64,000 bases of DNA from Bacteroidia bacterium (GCA_030427985.1 JAUIBH010000005.1:11766-75765), one strand, 5' to 3'. Shown: positions 36,102-46,983, counted from the stretch's first letter. Notes: generated by a model from the letters alone, not told the origin. Numbers and translations: made by a program.

Positions 36102-38213
36102 TTGAAAACATTCAAATTTTTCCTTTTGCTGCCTCTAGGGCTATTTTTTTTAGCATGTCAACCTTCAGAAGAAGAAACCAAAAAAGACTATACCACATGG
36201 TCATCGTATTTGGGTGGTCCGGACCGAAACCATTACTCTACCTTGTCGCAAATCAACAAAGAGAATGTAAAAAACCTTAAACTGGCTTGGTCCTATTCCA
36301 CAAAGGATGTTGGCCAAATGCAAATGAACCCCATTGTAGTGGACACCATTCTGTATGGGGTCACGGCGGCGCTTCGGGCGGTGGCCATTCATGCTGGAAC
36401 AGGAGAAGAGTTGTGGCGCTTTGGCGATTCGTTACGTTTGAATCTATCCACTAGCAGGGGTGTTTCCTATTGGTCTAAAGGAGAGGACAAACGAATTTTA
36501 TACACAGCAGGGCCCAATTTGTATGCCATCAATGCTTTGACGGGAAAATCCATTTCATCCTTCGGTGAGAATGGAAAAATTGACCTTCATACCGGGATGC
36601 CCGATTCGGCCAAGGACAAATTTCTAATTTCCAATACCCCAGGAACCGTTTACAAGGATTTAATCATTATGCCGGTTCGAGTGGGTGAAGATGTGGGCTC
36701 CGCTCCCGGTAATATTATGGCCTTTAATGTAATGACTGGAGCCGTTGAATGGGTTTTTCATACCATTCCGCATCCGGGTGAAGAAGGTTATGATACATGG
36801 GAAAACAAAAACGCTTACCAAAGTGATATCGTTGGGGCCGCTAATAATTGGTCTGGAATGTCGCTCGATGAAGAAACTGGAATCATTTATATTCCAACAG
36901 GTTCGGCATCACCCGATTTTTATGGTGGAGAGCGAAATGGCTCCAACCTATTTGCCAATACTTTGCTGGCCTTAAATGCCGAAACTGGGGAACGCATATG
37001 GCATTTTCAGCTGGTTCACCACGATATTTGGGACCGAGATCTGCCCGCTCCCCCCAACCTCATCACCGTAGAACGAGACGGAAAGAAAATCAAGGCAGTG
37101 GCCCAAGTCACCAAACAAGGGTATGTATATGTGTTTGACCGCGCTACGGGGGAACCGCTTTTTGATATCGAGGAAGTTCCCGTTCCACCTTCCACATTAG
37201 ATGGAGAAAGAGCATGGCCCACCCAACCTATTCCTGTAAAACCGAAACCTTTTGCCAGATTGGCCAAGAATCTGACCGAAGCTGATGTGAGTCCGTATGC
37301 CGAAAATAAAGAAGAGCTTCAGGAAATCATCCGCAACATGGATAAACGGGAATTTGCCCCGCCCAGTCTGGAGCCCAATGTACTTTTTCCTGGGCTTGAT
37401 GGGGCGGCTGAATGGGGCGGTACTGGTGCCGACCCAGAGGATGGCATTATTTACGTCAATTCCAATGAAATTCCTTGGTATCTTCAAATGGTAGAAAATG
37501 AAGAGGTAGCCGAAGATGCTTCTTTGGGTGAACTCGTTTACAATCGCTATTGTGTGATTTGCCACCAAAAAGACCGGAAAGGAATGGCATCGAGTGGTTA
37601 TCCTTCCCTTATCAACATAAAGGATTCAAAGACCAAAACTGAGGTTTCTGAATTGATTGCCAACGGTAAAGGGATGATGACCGGGTTTCCTCAGATTCCC
37701 GAGAATGAAAAAGAGGCCTTGCTCCAATTTCTTTTTGATGAAGAAGACCAGATTGTTGCTGAAGGATCTTCGCAAGGGTATCCGCTTCCATACAAGTTTA
37801 AAGGCTATTCCCGTTTTCAGGACAGCAATGGGTATCCAGCGATAAGCCCGCCTTGGGGAACTATGCATGCCATAGATTTAAACACAGGTGATTTTTTATG
37901 GTCCATTACTTTAGGGGATATTCCCGAAGCTAGACCAGCGGACGACCCCATTACGGGTAGTGCCAACTACGGAGGCCCAGTAATCACTGAAAATGGGCTG
38001 CTGTTCATTGCCGGAACCGTGGACGGACATTTAAGGGCTTTCGACAAACATACCGGAGCTTTGCTTTGGCAATACAAGTTGCCGGCTCCTGCCTTTGCCA
38101 CACCCACCATGTATGAAGTTAATGGGAAACAGTATATCGCTGTAGCTTGTGGTGGTGAAAAGCTCAACACTACACCTGGCGACCAGATTGTTGCCTTTGC
38201 ATTGGAAGATTAA
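36102..38213 (+). CDS. PQQ-dependent dehydrogenase (glucose/quinate DH-like beta-propeller) lipoprotein with an inserted cytochrome c domain
   Basis: Lipobox FLAC, YSTLSQIN..NV..L..AW, HHDIWDRD, CVICH heme motif and ATPTMYEVNGKQY. Confidence 0.88.
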   Translation: MKTFKFFLLLPLGLFFLACQPSEEETKKDYTTWSSYLGGPDRNHYSTLSQINKENVKNLKLAWSYSTKDVGQMQMNPIVVDTILYGVTAALRAVAIHAGTGEELWRFGDSLRLNLSTSRGVSYWSKGEDKRILYTAGPNLYAINALTGKSISSFGENGKIDLHTGMPDSAKDKFLISNTPGTVYKDLIIMPVRVGEDVGSAPGNIMAFNVMTGAVEWVFHTIPHPGEEGYDTWENKNAYQSDIVGAANNWSGMSLDEETGIIYIPTGSASPDFYGGERNGSNLFANTLLALNAETGERIWHFQLVHHDIWDRDLPAPPNLITVERDGKKIKAVAQVTKQGYVYVFDRATGEPLFDIEEVPVPPSTLDGERAWPTQPIPVKPKPFARLAKNLTEADVSPYAENKEELQEIIRNMDKREFAPPSLEPNVLFPGLDGAAEWGGTGADPEDGIIYVNSNEIPWYLQMVENEEVAEDASLGELVYNRYCVICHQKDRKGMASSGYPSLINIKDSKTKTEVSELIANGKGMMTGFPQIPENEKEALLQFLFDEEDQIVAEGSSQGYPLPYKFKGYSRFQDSNGYPAISPPWGTMHAIDLNTGDFLWSITLGDIPEARPADDPITGSANYGGPVITENGLLFIAGTVDGHLRAFDKHTGALLWQYKLPAPAFATPTMYEVNGKQYIAVACGGEKLNTTPGDQIVAFALED

Positions 38214-38220
38214 CCGCATA

Positions 38221-38248
38221 AAAAAACCACGCCAAGGCGTGGTTTTTT
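38221..38248. terminator. Bidirectional intrinsic terminator
   Basis: AAAAAACCACGCC-AA-GGCGTGGTTTTTT between convergent genes. Confidence 0.85.
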
Positions 38249-38274
38249 CAGCTTTTGATTTTTAAAAGCGAGCG

Positions 38275-40677
38275 CTAATTCTTTGCCTTAGCACTTTTAT
38301 ATTTTTCAATCATTTGCTCCAATTCTTCTTTGGAATCGGCTTCAAATTCCTTTATTTCATCCATAACTTTTCCATTATTTTCATAACTTGAAGTTACAAC
38401 AGCATTGTAAGCACCATCAGCCGTATTGCTGATTTCCACCGTGAATTTTTTCTCGATGGTCTTGGTTTCCTTCATGCCTTCCTCAGAAATGGTAATAACG
38501 GTTCCATTTTCTTTAACCATACTCAATTCATCACCCGGTGACAAGCTCACCAAACTTGGCGCGATGACCAAGGCCACAACGGACATCAATTTCAAGAGAA
38601 TGTTCAAGGAAGGTCCAGAAGTATCCTTGAAAGGATCCCCTACAGTATCTCCAACTACGGCAGCTTTGTGCGCATCGGAACCTTTACGACCTTCACTTTC
38701 GATGGTCTTTTTAGCGTTGTCCCATGCACCACCGGCATTGGATTGGAAAATGGCCATCAAAACTCCTGCAGTGGTAACTCCAGCCAACAATCCACCTAAC
38801 ATTTCAGCTCCTCCAATAAAGCCAACAGCAACTGGAACAGCAATCGCCAATAAACCTGGCAATACCATTTCTTTGATGGAAGCTTGTGTGGAGATTGCCA
38901 CACATTTTTCATATTCAGCAACACCATCGGCCTCATCAAATATTTTTCTATCGGCTGCAGAAGCTTTGGAAATATCCGAATCATATTTTACCATCACTGC
39001 CAATGCTGCTTTTAATTGGGGAATATCACGGAACTGGCGACGAACCTCTTCAATCATGGCCATGGCCGCTCTACCCACTGCATTCATGGAAAGCGCCGAG
39101 AACACAAAAGGTAGCATTCCTCCAATCAACAGTCCCGCCATAATATCAGGTTGGGACACATCGATGGACTGAACACCTGCTGTCTTCATGAAAGCAGCGA
39201 ACAATGCCAAGGCTGTTAAAGCCGCAGAGGCAATGGCAAATCCTTTACCAATGGCAGCAGTAGTGTTCCCAACAGCATCCAATTTATCGGTGCGCTCACG
39301 AACTTCACTAGGTAGTTCAGCCATTTCGGCAATACCACCAGCGTTATCAGAAATAGGTCCATAGGCATCAACTGCCAATTGAATACCTGTATTCGCCAAC
39401 ATACCAACCGCAGCAATCGCGATTCCATACAAACCAGCAAAATGGTGTGATACCAAAATCGCAGCGGCAATTAATATAATCGGAATGGCCGTGGACATCA
39501 TTCCCACACCCAAACCAGCAATGATATTGGTTGCAGAACCAGTCTCAGACTGACGCACGATGGAATTAACAGGTTTTGTTCCGGTTCCAGTATAATACTC
39601 AGTAACCTTACCTACCAACAATCCAGCAACAAGTCCAGCAATAGTGGCCCAGAAAACGCCCATGGCAGAGTATTCTTTACCACCTTCTACCCAAGCTTCG
39701 GGCAACATGGCATTTATAATGAAATAGGAAGCAACCAACATAAGTCCGGCTGAACCAAACTCACCAATATTCAAAGCGGTCTGCGGATTTCCGCCATCCT
39801 TAACTTTTACAAAAAATGTTCCTATAATGGACATTACAATTCCTACTGCAGCCAAAGCCAAAGGCAGGTAAACCGCTCCTAATCCATCAAAAGCAGTTTG
39901 AAATTGAGGCAATCCAGCAAAAACAGCTCCCAATACCATAGTACCGATAATGGAACCTACGTAGGACTCAAAAAGGTCGGCACCCATACCGGCAACGTCC
40001 CCTACGTTATCCCCTACGTTATCCGCAATAGTAGCAGGATTTAAAGGGTGATCTTCAGGAATACCGGCTTCCACCTTACCTACAAGGTCGGCACCAACAT
40101 CGGCAGCTTTGGTATAGATTCCACCACCTACACGAGCGAAAAGGGCAATAGATGATGCCCCCAAGGAAAAACCGGAAAGTACGTTCAATACTTCGGCAAT
40201 TTCCCAACCTTGACCGCTGTATATCATAAAAAGTCCACTCAAACCAAGAACGCCAAGACCAACAACACCAAGCCCCATCACGGCTCCACCTGCAAAGGCA
40301 ACTTCCAGGGCTTTCCCTAGCGAAGTTCGGGCAGCATGCGTAGTCCTAACGTTGGCCTTTGTGGCAACCTTCATTCCAATGAAACCGGCCAAAGCAGAAC
40401 AAATTGCCCCAACTATAAAGGAAACAGCAACCATACCGTTTGAACCTACTTCGTTGCTCCCTTTAAAAAACAACAAAACTGCGACACAAATAACAAATAT
40501 GCTGAGTATCTTATATTCCGCTTTTAGAAATGACATTGCTCCGTCTGCAATGTTCTTGGCAATTCTTGCCATTTTATCATCCCCAACTTCCTGTTTTGAG
40601 ACCCATACGTTCTTCACTAACACGTACAGTAAGCCCAGGATACCAAATGCGGGCAAAAATTTCACGATTAAATCCAT
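38275..40677 (-). CDS. hppA: Membrane-integral K+-dependent (probably Na+-translocating) pyrophosphatase
   Basis: [38 protein letters not shown] (Ala marks the K+-dependent type) and [10 protein letters not shown]. Confidence 0.93.
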   Translation of the reverse strand: MDLIVKFLPAFGILGLLYVLVKNVWVSKQEVGDDKMARIAKNIADGAMSFLKAEYKILSIFVICVAVLLFFKGSNEVGSNGMVAVSFIVGAICSALAGFIGMKVATKANVRTTHAARTSLGKALEVAFAGGAVMGLGVVGLGVLGLSGLFMIYSGQGWEIAEVLNVLSGFSLGASSIALFARVGGGIYTKAADVGADLVGKVEAGIPEDHPLNPATIADNVGDNVGDVAGMGADLFESYVGSIIGTMVLGAVFAGLPQFQTAFDGLGAVYLPLALAAVGIVMSIIGTFFVKVKDGGNPQTALNIGEFGSAGLMLVASYFIINAMLPEAWVEGGKEYSAMGVFWATIAGLVAGLLVGKVTEYYTGTGTKPVNSIVRQSETGSATNIIAGLGVGMMSTAIPIILIAAAILVSHHFAGLYGIAIAAVGMLANTGIQLAVDAYGPISDNAGGIAEMAELPSEVRERTDKLDAVGNTTAAIGKGFAIASAALTALALFAAFMKTAGVQSIDVSQPDIMAGLLIGGMLPFVFSALSMNAVGRAAMAMIEEVRRQFRDIPQLKAALAVMVKYDSDISKASAADRKIFDEADGVAEYEKCVAISTQASIKEMVLPGLLAIAVPVAVGFIGGAEMLGGLLAGVTTAGVLMAIFQSNAGGAWDNAKKTIESEGRKGSDAHKAAVVGDTVGDPFKDTSGPSLNILLKLMSVVALVIAPSLVSLSPGDELSMVKENGTVITISEEGMKETKTIEKKFTVEISNTADGAYNAVVTSSYENNGKVMDEIKEFEADSKEELEQMIEKYKSAKAKN

Positions 40678-40736
40678 AGTTTGTAGTTATTTAAGATTTT
40701 TGTAACGGCAGCTAATGTAGTAAAATACGAAGTAAT

Positions 40737-40771
40737 AAAAAAAATGCGCTTTTGATTGTTAAAAGCGCATT
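40737..40771 (-). terminator. Intrinsic terminator between ppa and hppA
   Basis: AATGCGCTTTT/AAAAGCGCATT stem with a U tract on the minus strand. Confidence 0.7.
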
Positions 40772-40790
40772 AATTCAAGGTCTGTTTTAT

Positions 40791-41318
40791 CTATATGGTA
40801 TAGGTTCGTTTCTTTTTGTGCTCACTTTCTTCATAGCGTTTTACACATTCGTGATAAATGGCTATGGCTTCATTGACATCACCCCAACCACCGGTGTCCA
40901 CTTTCTTCTTTTCCAAATCTTTGTACACCTGAAAAAAGTGCTCTATTTCCTTTAATCTGTGTGGATTAAGCTCGCTGATATCATCTCTCTTACTCCAAAT
41001 GGGGTCTGAAACAGGCACACAGATCAATTTTTCATCGGGGCCTTTTTCATCCGTCATGTGGAAGACCCCTACGGGTTTTACCTCGGCAACGACCATGGGG
41101 TATGTGGGCTCAGTACATAGCACCAAGACATCCAGGGGATCCCCGTCCAAGGCGAGTGTTTCTGGAATAAAACCATAATCACCAGGATACATCATGGAAG
41201 AAAAAAGGGTTCGATCAAACCTGATCTTATGTAGGGTAAAGTCGTATTCGTACTTGTTTCGACTACCTTTTGGAATTTCAATCAATACATCGAAAGTAAG
41301 CGATTCTTTTTTGGACAT
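40791..41318 (-). CDS. ppa: Soluble inorganic pyrophosphatase, family I
   Basis: EIPKGSRNKYE, YGFIPET, DGDPLD and HFFQVYKDLE. Confidence 0.95.
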   Translation of the reverse strand: MSKKESLTFDVLIEIPKGSRNKYEYDFTLHKIRFDRTLFSSMMYPGDYGFIPETLALDGDPLDVLVLCTEPTYPMVVAEVKPVGVFHMTDEKGPDEKLICVPVSDPIWSKRDDISELNPHRLKEIEHFFQVYKDLEKKKVDTGGWGDVNEAIAIYHECVKRYEESEHKKKRTYTI

Positions 41319-41392
41319 TTTTGAAGTTTTGTTTTTGCAAAAATAGCCCGTATTACTGGAACTGAGTAAGGAAATTGGTCTTTTTCCTTTAA

Positions 41393-43888
41393 TTAAAAAT
41401 TAAATCCGAAACTTCCTGTGATCCCAAATGGTCGGGCATCTGGATTATCCAAGTAGTTGCCCCTAAAGTTAAAATCGATCCTGAAAATTTTAAAGATATT
41501 GCCCACCCCAAAGGAATACTCCCAGTAAATCTGGTCTTCCGGTGCCATCAAAGGGATGTTGGTGGGTGAACTGAGGGCAATGTTTTCATCAGAAAGTTGG
41601 CCCCACGCTCCACGTAGCCCAACTATTTCCCTGAGATTAAGTTTGCGCAACAATGGTATTCTTGAAAACAATCTTCCATTAAAGTTATGTTCCAAGTGTA
41701 CGGTGGCATAGGTATCGGTCACAAACTCATAAAAATCCAAATTGGGAAAGGCATTGTACAAAGAAAATAGCGTTTGGTTCCCCGGAATGACGCTTAAAAG
41801 GGCCAAAGGCACCTCGCCAAAGGTCTTGCCCAGTTCCACACTGCTTGTTAACCTTCCAAAACCGCCCAATTGCCAAGGTTGCCGGTATGAAAATTGAATG
41901 CGTTTGTAGTCGAAATCACTTTCCAGAAATCCACTGATTCCCTTCGTATAATTAAGCACTAGGGTGCTATGGTCATCGTTTATGTTGACGCGTTCCACCC
42001 CATATCCAATGGTTCTTTTACCTGGCGTATAGATCAGGGCAGTACTAAGATCAAATTGTTTTACTTCGGATGAAATTCCGGTTGGCGATTCCAAATCCAC
42101 ATAATCCAAACTGAAAGCCTCTGGAAGGGCCGAACTCAGTGTACGGAAAGACCCACCTAGAATGACTCTAAAATTCTTCACAGGTTCCATCTCAATGCCA
42201 AAGGTGGATAAGTTAATGTTGGTCAACCGATCATTGGAACCTACCGTCACCAAGGAAGACGAGGCAATACTTCGCCCTAAAACATCATAGGTACTTGTAA
42301 GACTAAGGCCCAGTTGTTCAATATCCCTTCGATTTCCTCCCTGGAGAATGAGCCTTGTCTTTCGATCCAACAAAAACTTGCCTGAAAACCCATGCTTGAA
42401 CTTTCGATCCTTAAAACCGTAGGCCATATAGCCCTCTAATCGCCATGGGTCGTTCTGACCAAAATAGGTGCGCGCTCCTCCCCGCAAGCGAATACCTTCA
42501 GCATCATTGAATCCAAAGGAGCTGTAGATATCGCCTAGGTCAATATTCCACTTATCTATTTCAATATATCCTGAACCCAAAATACTTACAATGTCGTAAT
42601 AGGTTCGGAACTTGGGAACGGTTTTTAGGGTATCCAATAGCTTAAAAATCCCAGATTCATCATCATTAAGGGTCTCTAGACGTGCATTTTTCCAAAACGT
42701 ACTGTCCCGTGCAAAAACCCTTGGGTCATACGGGTCGGATTCTGCCTTATAAAATTCTTCAGGGTGGTTGGTATTGAACTTGTAATTATCAAATACCGTG
42801 GTACGCTTTCCATACACCCCTCGCGATTTTTCTTTTTTGGAAAAGGCAAAATCACTCAACATATAGTCCCGTTTTAACAGAAAAACCGAATCGTTGACCA
42901 CCTCAAAATCCTGCTCAATATAAATCTCCTTCACCCAATTGATGTTGGCACTTTTGGTGACCTGCATGTTGATTTTCTTGATGGCAAACGTACTATCGTT
43001 CACCCAAAAATCACCTTTAAACGTAAGTTCGTTCTTCCGTCTGGGGTAATAGATGATGTTGTAACACCATTTATTGTCAATATAGGTACTGTCGGAAAGT
43101 ACATAATTGTAGGTGTCAATCCCCGTTTTGGAAAGCGGACTGGTAAAACTTTTGTCAAAAAAGCGAAGGTAATTGTCGTAAATATTATAATCTGTATAGA
43201 GGTCTTCCACAAAAGCGGTTATGGATTGATTGCCTTCAAAACCGGAACTTTTGTTCCCCAGCACATCTTCTTTTTCCTTGTTTATGGTATTATCGCCATA
43301 AATTCTGGAAAAATGTTCGTTCAAGAAAAAAGGGAGGTAGGTTTTTCCGGTAACACGGGACGTATCCAAATCCTCGAACATAAACTCAAGTCCCTTGAAC
43401 AACTTACTTTGAATCAGGGCACTATCAATGGTATTAAGATCGAACTCTATTTTTTCATACTTGTCGTACTCATATTGTTTGAACATGCGAACGCCATTCT
43501 CTCGCTTCTTTTCCCAAATTTTTCGGAGTATGTCTATGGCTGGATTGTTTTTCTTGGATTGTTTCCCGGTGTATACCACCACTTCCTTTAATTGCTCGGT
43601 AGATTCATTCAGTACTATTTCCAAACCGTAGTTTACTTTTTGTGGCAAGGATATTTCCTGGCTTTCATAGCCGATAAAGGATACGGTAACAGCTTCGTAG
43701 GTTTCATCGGATTCCAAATAAAAACGACCGTTGTCGTTGGTGATGGTACCTTCGGAAGAGTTTTTAAAAATGATGTTGGCAAAAGCAATGGGATCACCGG
43801 ATTCGTCCAGAACAATGCCCCCGACCTTGGTTTGGGCAGAAACAGCCACAAAAGACAGGAAAAAGAATACGGCAAGGAATCTCTTCAT
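41393..43888 (-). CDS. CarboxypepD_reg-like + DUF5686 outer-membrane protein
   Basis: Signal peptide, GTITNDNGRF...VSFIGY domain, YEYDKYEKIEFDLN and a C-terminal Phe. Confidence 0.8.
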   Translation of the reverse strand: MKRFLAVFFFLSFVAVSAQTKVGGIVLDESGDPIAFANIIFKNSSEGTITNDNGRFYLESDETYEAVTVSFIGYESQEISLPQKVNYGLEIVLNESTEQLKEVVVYTGKQSKKNNPAIDILRKIWEKKRENGVRMFKQYEYDKYEKIEFDLNTIDSALIQSKLFKGLEFMFEDLDTSRVTGKTYLPFFLNEHFSRIYGDNTINKEKEDVLGNKSSGFEGNQSITAFVEDLYTDYNIYDNYLRFFDKSFTSPLSKTGIDTYNYVLSDSTYIDNKWCYNIIYYPRRKNELTFKGDFWVNDSTFAIKKINMQVTKSANINWVKEIYIEQDFEVVNDSVFLLKRDYMLSDFAFSKKEKSRGVYGKRTTVFDNYKFNTNHPEEFYKAESDPYDPRVFARDSTFWKNARLETLNDDESGIFKLLDTLKTVPKFRTYYDIVSILGSGYIEIDKWNIDLGDIYSSFGFNDAEGIRLRGGARTYFGQNDPWRLEGYMAYGFKDRKFKHGFSGKFLLDRKTRLILQGGNRRDIEQLGLSLTSTYDVLGRSIASSSLVTVGSNDRLTNINLSTFGIEMEPVKNFRVILGGSFRTLSSALPEAFSLDYVDLESPTGISSEVKQFDLSTALIYTPGKRTIGYGVERVNINDDHSTLVLNYTKGISGFLESDFDYKRIQFSYRQPWQLGGFGRLTSSVELGKTFGEVPLALLSVIPGNQTLFSLYNAFPNLDFYEFVTDTYATVHLEHNFNGRLFSRIPLLRKLNLREIVGLRGAWGQLSDENIALSSPTNIPLMAPEDQIYWEYSFGVGNIFKIFRIDFNFRGNYLDNPDARPFGITGSFGFNF

Positions 43889-44045
43889 GTTTTGATATAT
43901 GGGACATTTGAAAAACCAAATGGTCTTTCAATTTTACTTCGGTTAAATTTGACTAAAAGTAATTTTTTATCAAAAACTTCTTCCTTAAAAAAGCCCCATC
44001 AACGAAAGTCGATGAGGCCCTGATACCTTACAAATATAACCAAGT

Positions 44046-45023
44046 TTATTTATATAAAACTTTTTTAACAGCTTTGATCACATCTTCGTGATTGGGCAAC
44101 CACTCGGCCAAAAGTACTGGTGAATAGGGTGCTGGGGTGTCTGCCGTGTTGAGTTTTACAATGGGCGCATCCAAATAATCGAATGCTTTATCTTGAACTT
44201 GGTAGATAATTTCGGTGGCCACATTGCCAAATGGCCATGCTTCTTCCAAAATTACCATTCTATTGGTTTTCTTTACTGAGTTAAGGATGGCCTCATGATC
44301 CATGGGACGCACAGTTCGTAAATCGATGATTTCGCAGCTAATACCTTCTTTTTCCAACTCATCGGCTGCCTTGTAGGCTTCCTTAATGATTTTTCCGAAG
44401 GAAACAATGGTCACATCGGTACCTTCTCTTTTTATGTCGGCGACACCCAATGGAATGGTATATTCTCCCTCGGGCACTTCCCCCTTATCACCGTACATCT
44501 GTTCAGATTCCATAAAAATAACGGGGTCGTCATCACGAATGGCCGATTTCAACAAACCTTTGGCATCAGCAGGATTGGAGGGCACCACCACCTTTAATCC
44601 AGGACAGTTGGCATACCAACTTTCAAAGGCCTGGGAGTGTGTAGCAGCCAATTGTCCGGCAGAAGCCGTGGGGCCCCTAAAAACAATGGGGCATGGAAAT
44701 TGCCCAGCGGACATCTGTCTGATTTTCGCCGCATTGTTGATAATCTGATCTATTCCTACCAATGAGAAGTTAAAGGTCATAAATTCGATGATCGGTCGGT
44801 TACCATTCATGGCAGAGCCAACACCGATACCAGCAAATCCCAATTCGGAAATGGGGGTGTCCAAAACGCGTTCGGGTCCAAATTCATCCAACATTCCCTT
44901 TGAAGCTTTGTAGGCTCCGTTGTATTCGGCCACTTCCTCTCCCATTAAATAAATGGTATCGTCCCTTCGCATTTCTTCAGTCATCGCCTCTGCAATGGCT
45001 TCCCTAAACTGTAGTGTTTTCAT
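44046..45023 (-). CDS. pdhB: Pyruvate dehydrogenase E1 beta subunit
   Basis: MGEEVAEYNGAYK, DTPISE, EFMTFNF and HSQ. Confidence 0.95.
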   Translation of the reverse strand: MKTLQFREAIAEAMTEEMRRDDTIYLMGEEVAEYNGAYKASKGMLDEFGPERVLDTPISELGFAGIGVGSAMNGNRPIIEFMTFNFSLVGIDQIINNAAKIRQMSAGQFPCPIVFRGPTASAGQLAATHSQAFESWYANCPGLKVVVPSNPADAKGLLKSAIRDDDPVIFMESEQMYGDKGEVPEGEYTIPLGVADIKREGTDVTIVSFGKIIKEAYKAADELEKEGISCEIIDLRTVRPMDHEAILNSVKKTNRMVILEEAWPFGNVATEIIYQVQDKAFDYLDAPIVKLNTADTPAPYSPVLLAEWLPNHEDVIKAVKKVLYK

Positions 45024-45122
45024 TAAATGGTGATAAATAGATTCGTTGTGTGCTTAAAAACGCAAGCAAAAATAGCAAAAACTACACGAACAATCTTGTG
45101 CCATCAATCAAAAAAAAGAACA

Positions 45123-45150
45123 AAATTTATTATGCATGCATAATAAATTT
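45123..45150. promoter_or_regulatory. Perfect 28-bp palindrome in the divergent pdhB/etfB promoter region
   Basis: AAATTTATTATGCA|TGCATAATAAATTT. The etfB -7 box TATCTTTG is at 45164-45171 and the pdhB -7 box is at 45067-45074. Confidence 0.75.
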
Positions 45151-45193
45151 AGAATTTAATAGCTATCTTTGAAACGATAAACCTTAAGTACAT

Positions 45194-45940
45194 ATGAAGA
45201 TTTTAGTTTGCATAAGCAACGTACCGGATACTACTTCCAAAATCAATTTTACGGAAGGCGATACCAAGTTTGACACCAATGGGGTGCAATTTGTTATAAA
45301 TCCCAATGATGAATTTGGGTTGACCCGCGCCATGTGGTTCAAAGAAAAACAAGGTGCAGAAGTTCATGTGGCCACTGTGGGTGGTGTACAGACCGAGCCC
45401 ACCATACGAAAAGCATTGGCCATTGGTGCCGATGAGGCCATTAGGGTGAACGCTGAGCCGACCGATGGTTTCTTTGTGGCCCAACAATTGGCCGAAGTGG
45501 TAAAAAATGGCGGTTATGACCTTATTATTGCTGGAAGGGAGTCCATTGATTATAACGGGGGCATGGTCCCTGGTATCTTGGCCACGCTGCTGGATATGAA
45601 TTTTGTAAATACCTGCATCAATTTAGAGGTTGATGGTCAAAACGCCACTGCGATTCGTGAAATTGATGGTGGTAAGGAAAAAATAAGCACGTCCTTGCCT
45701 CTAGTGATTGGAGGCCAAAAAGGATTGGTTGAAGAAAGTGATCTTCGCATTCCCAATATGCGCGGCATTATGATGGCCCGAAAAAAGGCCCTCAACGTAG
45801 TTGAGCCCGTAGATGCATCGCAGCCTACCCAAGATCAAAAATTTGAAAAACCTGCGCCCAAGGGACCAGTTAAACTGGTGGATGCGGATAATGTTGGGGA
45901 ATTGGTTGATTTACTGCACAACGAAGCCAAAGTCATCTAA
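45194..45940 (+). CDS. etfB: Electron transfer flavoprotein beta subunit
   Basis: VCISNVPDT, INPNDE, ALAIGAD and AGRESID. Confidence 0.95.
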   Translation: MKILVCISNVPDTTSKINFTEGDTKFDTNGVQFVINPNDEFGLTRAMWFKEKQGAEVHVATVGGVQTEPTIRKALAIGADEAIRVNAEPTDGFFVAQQLAEVVKNGGYDLIIAGRESIDYNGGMVPGILATLLDMNFVNTCINLEVDGQNATAIREIDGGKEKISTSLPLVIGGQKGLVEESDLRIPNMRGIMMARKKALNVVEPVDASQPTQDQKFEKPAPKGPVKLVDADNVGELVDLLHNEAKVI

Positions 45941-45943
45941 AAA

Positions 45944-46005
45944 CAAATTCCAAAATCCAAGTTCCATGACCAACTTGGAATTTGAGATTTGAATATTGAA
46001 ATTTT
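45944..46005. repeat. 7-nt-periodic inverted repeat array between etfB and etfA
   Basis: CAAATTC|CAAAATC|CAAGTTC ... TTGGAAT|TTGAGAT|TTGAATA|TTGAAAT. Confidence 0.7.
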
Positions 46006-46014
46006 AAAAAAATT

Positions 46015-46983
46015 ATGTCAGTACTAGTATATACAGAATCAGAAAAAGGAAAATTCAAAAAGAGTGCCTTTGAGGTGGCATCCTACGCCTATAAAGTGGC
46101 CCAAGACTTAGGGACAAGCGTTACCGCAGTCACTTTCAATGCCAATGAGGCAGCTTCTTTGGGCGAATATGGAATTTCCAAAGTTTTACAAATATCCGAT
46201 GAGCAATTGGCCACCTTCAATGCCAAAGCCTATGCCAGCGCATTGGCCCAGGCAGCCGAAGCAGAAGGAGCCAAGGTGATTATTGTTAGCTCCAGTGCCG
46301 ATAGCAAATTCTTGGCACCTATCCTTACAGCAAAATTAAATACGGGATATGTACCCAACGTGGTAGCCGCACCAGAAAGCACCTCTCCTTTTGTGGTAAA
46401 ACGAACTGCATTTAGTAATAAAGGTTTTGCCCACACCGAAATTTCTGCTGATGTTAAAATCATAGGGGTTTCCAACAATGCTTTTGGTGCTGTGGAGAAC
46501 AGTACCTCAGCAGCCGTGGAGGATTTTAGTCCTTCTTTGGCCGATGATGCTTTCACTACCAAGTCTGTTGAAGTGGACAAAGTAGCTGGAAAAGTTTCCA
46601 TCGCCGATGCTGATATTGTGGTGTCCGGGGGGCGTGGACTCAAAGGTCCCGAAAATTGGGGCATGGTTGAGGAATTGGCCGAAATCCTTGGAGCTGCTAC
46701 GGCTTGTTCCAAGCCTGTATCCGATATGGGCTGGCGCCCACACAGCGAACACGTAGGGCAAACCGGGAAACCTGTAGCAAGTAATCTTTATGTTGCCATA
46801 GGTATTTCAGGAGCCATTCAGCATCTTGCAGGGATAAATGCTTCCAAAGTCAAAGTGGTCATTAACAATGACCCTGAAGCGCCTTTCTTTAAGGCAGCGG
46901 ATTATGGAATTGTTGGGGATGCCTTTGAAGTAGTACCCAAACTCATCGAAAAATTAAAGGAATTTAAAGCCCAAAACGCTTAA
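46015..46983 (+). CDS. etfA: Electron transfer flavoprotein alpha subunit
   Basis: VSGGRG, VGQTGK and GISGAIQHLAG. Confidence 0.96.
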   Translation: MSVLVYTESEKGKFKKSAFEVASYAYKVAQDLGTSVTAVTFNANEAASLGEYGISKVLQISDEQLATFNAKAYASALAQAAEAEGAKVIIVSSSADSKFLAPILTAKLNTGYVPNVVAAPESTSPFVVKRTAFSNKGFAHTEISADVKIIGVSNNAFGAVENSTSAAVEDFSPSLADDAFTTKSVEVDKVAGKVSIADADIVVSGGRGLKGPENWGMVEELAEILGAATACSKPVSDMGWRPHSEHVGQTGKPVASNLYVAIGISGAIQHLAGINASKVKVVINNDPEAPFFKAADYGIVGDAFEVVPKLIEKLKEFKAQNA

